Assembly (NCBI RefSeq): GCF_009914755.1
Contig: NC_060937.1
Strand: one strand, 5' to 3'
DNA: 64,000 nt
From: the human T2T-CHM13v2.0 reference genome, Homo sapiens
The position numbers and the translations under genes were made by a program. The notes beneath the pieces are model-generated. The model made no database searches. It was not told the origin of the DNA and saw only the letters and a list, made by a program, of their open reading frames with translations. Below, in pieces: positions 58,182-64,000 of the stretch (positions within the stretch are counted from its first letter, which is position 1; the number at the start of each line of letters is the position of its first letter).

Positions 58182-58607
58182 TGCATCAGCCCCTCCTCGC
58201 ATTGCTATAAAGAAATGCCTGAGACTGGGTCACTTATAAAGAAAAGAGGCTCAATTGGCTCCTGGTTCTGCAGGCTGTGCAGGAAGCATTATACTGGCAT
58301 CTGCTTCCGGGGAGGCTCCAGGAAGCTTCCAATCATGTTGGAAGGTGAAGGGAGAGCAGGCGCCTTACATGGCCAAAGCAGGAGCAAAAGGAGAGAGTGG
58401 AGATGCCACACACTTTTAAACAACCAGGTCTCAGGAGAACTCACGATCGCCAGGACAGCACCAAGGGGATGGCGCCAAACCATTCATGAGAGACCCACCC
58501 CTCCTCCCGCGATCCATCCAATCACCTCCCACCAGGCCCCACCTCCAACGCTGGGGATTACAATTCGACAGGAGATTTGGGCGGGGTCGCACATCCAAAC
58601 CGTATCC
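58182..58607 (-). mobile_element. MSTB-like MaLR solo LTR, CpG-retaining
   Basis: cattgctataaagaaatgcctgagactggg...catccaaaccgtatcc; TSD ccact. Confidence 0.9.
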
Positions 58608-59500
58608 CCACTTGTTTCCCACCAAATGGTCTGCCCTTAGCCAGTCCCTCTGACTTTCTCAGTAAGAAAGTGCGAACTGAGGTGCCTGAGTGGCAGAGCT
58701 GGGATTGGAAAGCAACGTAGTGGATCCCAGAGTCAACATTCCGTTTTTGCGGGGTGGGGGTTGGAGGAGTTGGGAGGTCTTACTATATTGCCCAGGCTGG
58801 TCTCGAATTCCCATAGGCTCAAGCGATCCTCCCGAGTGCGGAGATTACAGGTGTGCGCCACGGCGCCCGGCTCCAAAGTCAACGTTCTTAACGTCTGCCT
58901 TACACTGTCTCCATGTTCTTACCTTTCATCCATTTTCTCTGGCTCATCATCTTGTCCATTTCCCTTCTCAGGGTCACCACCTCCCTCAGACGTTTCTGGG
59001 ACAGATCCAAGCCAGCAGAGCAGCTGCTCGCTCCAGAGCCGTGGTGTCTTCCTGGTGCATCAGCGCCACCGCGTGGCAAAACAGGGCAACTGTAGGAATC
59101 GACTTTCCATCTATTTGGAGCTCATCAGTGCTTTTCTTTTAGGTGACAACAGAGTTGTCCGGCAGGTTTTTCCTTTCTTTTCTTCAAGTAGGGTAACATT
59201 AGTTCACATCTGCTCAAAATAATTTATGTTCGTATTCTAACAGACTCATATGGCAGGAACAAGAAGTGCACATGCCAAAAGAAAGGCAGAGGACTGCAGG
59301 AGCAAGACGGGTTGCAAGGGGCGTGATGACTAGCACAATCCTGGCCCCTCTTCTTCCAGCATTATAAAGACACAGTAGAATAATAGTGTATGAGTTATTG
59401 TGACAGTAGCACTTTTCAAAAATATATAGCATTGTGGAAACAGACGCCTCCAAATATATATTCCTCACTGCAATAAATGTCTATGTAAGAGTAATATCTA
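58430..59500. promoter_or_regulatory. CpG-enriched putative promoter or regulatory region
   Basis: Local CpG excess in old repeats and unique DNA; GGGGCGTG 59318-59325 and TATAAAG 59363-59369. No transcript evidence available. Confidence 0.4.
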
Positions 59501-60379
59501 AATCTGGTTACGTATGTGCTAGCCCTTACTTGCACATCTGATAGTGTTCCACGATTCCTTTGCAGAAGCTGTGGCTGACTTTCCCACCTGGGGTGATTTC
59601 AGGACAATATTAAGGTGCTTTGTTCTCCCTGTAAGGAAGCAAGTTGGATAATGTACACAAAACTAAAAGCATATGTTCAGTATAGTTAATAAGTAAATTG
59701 GTGATCTGTAAGCCATATTAAGATAAATGGAATAAACAGTATAATGGAACAGACAGCAATGTTCCTCAAAGATAGAAAATCACTCTGCACCTTATAAGCT
59801 GACAGCTGTGTCATGTCATGCCTAAGTCAACCACACATTGGTGAGACCCAGTGTGGTCCCATTCTGGCCCCATATGCACTCTGCCCAAGAAAAGGGAGAT
59901 AAGCCCAGTGCTGCTCAGTGGGCTGACCAGCCAGCTGCAGCGGTGGGCACGTGTGCGTGCTCTGTGTCTTCTGGTGGAGGAGGGGATGTGTCGGCTCCAG
60001 GTGCGGCCATTTCTTGGGTCCCTCTACTGGAACTTCCATGCTGGTCCTTACATCCGTGCTACCATGAGGCTGATATAGCTGAGAAAGGGATAAGACATGT
60101 AAACTTTGCGTGATCTGGATCCAGACAGTGTGCTCCTTCTGTCCCACTTGCATCCTATCCTAAGCTTGTTAACCTTTTGGACTGTGTGTCTTTCTGCTCC
60201 GCGACCCTGGGATGGCTCGCCTTGGTGGTGCTCTGGGAGCTACTGGTGCATCTAGGTAATTTTCTACACAAGTACAGGTAAGGGTTAAGCTGTTTGGGTG
60301 TCAGAAATTCTATGTAGGAGGGTCATAGGGAAAACAGTTTATTTGGAAAAAGAGGCTGGAAGGCTGGTCTTGAGGCTGT

Positions 60380-60717
<338 letters not shown>

Positions 60718-60720
60718 TAG

Positions 60721-61095
60721 TGTATTAGTCAGCTCTGGCTGCCCTAACAAAAAGCCACAGACCCAGTGGCTTAAACAAAAGGAATTTATTTTCTTACAGT
60801 TATGGAGACTGAAAGTCCAAGGTCAAGGTGCTGGCAGGGTTGGGGTCTGGGTTCTCTCTTTGGATTGCAGACGGCTGCCTCCTTGCCATGCCTCATGACC
60901 TCTCCTTAGTGTGTGTGGATGGAGAGAGGAAGAGGAACCAAGCTCGCTGGTGTCTCTTATAAGGGCACTGATTCCATCATGCAAACTCCACCCTCATGAT
61001 CTCATCTAGGCTTCATCACCTCCCAAAGGCATCACAATGGGGTAGAGAGAGCTTCACCATAATGACTTTTAGGGGGACATAATTCAGTCCACAGC
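60721..61095 (-). mobile_element. MLT1A/C LTR
   Basis: tgtattagtcagctctggctgcc...gaaagtccaaggtcaaggtgctggcagg...ggggacataattcagtccacagca. Confidence 0.85.
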
Positions 61096-61728
61096 ATTTA
61101 GCAAACACATTTTTTATTTAGAGTGACGGAGGTGGGAGGGGGCAGCTCTGAATTAGCCTTCACTGAACTGAAAAACATTTATTCCTGGGAAACGCAACAT
61201 GCCAAGTGAAATCCACACTAACCTGCAGGTGGTAGCGGATCCCTGCCTGAGAGCAGCTTGGGGTTGGGGGCGAGGAGGGAAGGGAGTGGGCAGGGGGTGC
61301 TGATGATGGTGGACTCATCAAAGAGGGGAGGAAAAGGGAGAAGAGAACACAGTCATCCTTAGGTTGCGAACCAGGGCAAAGACAAACTTCTGCCTAAATC
61401 ACAACTCTGACTCATGGAGGTCCTGCTAAGCATCTGGCAAATTTTATAAAGAAAAATGTTCTGGGCCTCCCAACTACAGGTTTAAAAATCTACATTTTCT
61501 CTAAGGCTAGTAAAATATGTGTTTCTCATCTCAAAGAGACGTGGACATTACTTCCGCCATTGCTTCTACACATCACCTTCCCCACATCCATCAGAGGGTG
61601 TGTACGAAGCACTCACCCTGGACCCCAAGGCTTGCCTGCGACAGAGCTCGCTCCATCTGCAGAGTCCGTTAAACAGATTTTGCGGCAAATTCAAGTTGAT
61701 CCACAGCAGTTATAAATCCAGCACTCCA

Positions 61729-64000
<2,272 letters not shown>

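Noticed and set aside
58131-59222. ORFs of 150-169 aa near the CpG-rich block
   Set aside because: Built largely from MST, MIR and Alu sequence, with no recognisable domain.

Overview
Primate (very likely human) non-coding euchromatin. About 100 Alu copies or fragments fill roughly 40-45% of the window (estimated by eye). It also holds a dense set of ERV1 MER4-group solo LTRs (MER41, LTR8/8A, LTR9, MER50, MER51, MER31/34-like, LTR19-like), MaLR LTRs (MST, MLT1), a decayed ERVL provirus (LTR33-like LTRs, dUTPase remnant), L1 fragments (one young L1PA3-like 3' end), L2/MIR, and DNA transposons (MER5A, MER20, MER1A). I found no credible protein-coding exon, tRNA, rRNA or CRISPR array. Nearly all listed ORFs are translations of Alu, L1 or LTR sequence, and I could not identify the locus. 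The most unusual signal is a cluster of at least eight short insertions (25-337 bp) copied from donors inside this same window, up to 9 kb away and in both orientations, plus a fold-back event. One of them is a two-donor composite, and another records a pre-Alu empty site. Other points of interest are an Alu carrying 86 bp of foreign 5' sequence inside its target-site duplication, a CpG-retaining putative promoter or exon region at about 58.4-59.5 kb, and motif-rich candidate enhancers (DR3 plus AP-1, NRF2 ARE, STAT GAS). I see no evidence of a new gene system. Repeat subfamily names come from memory of consensus sequences and need RepeatMasker/Dfam confirmation.
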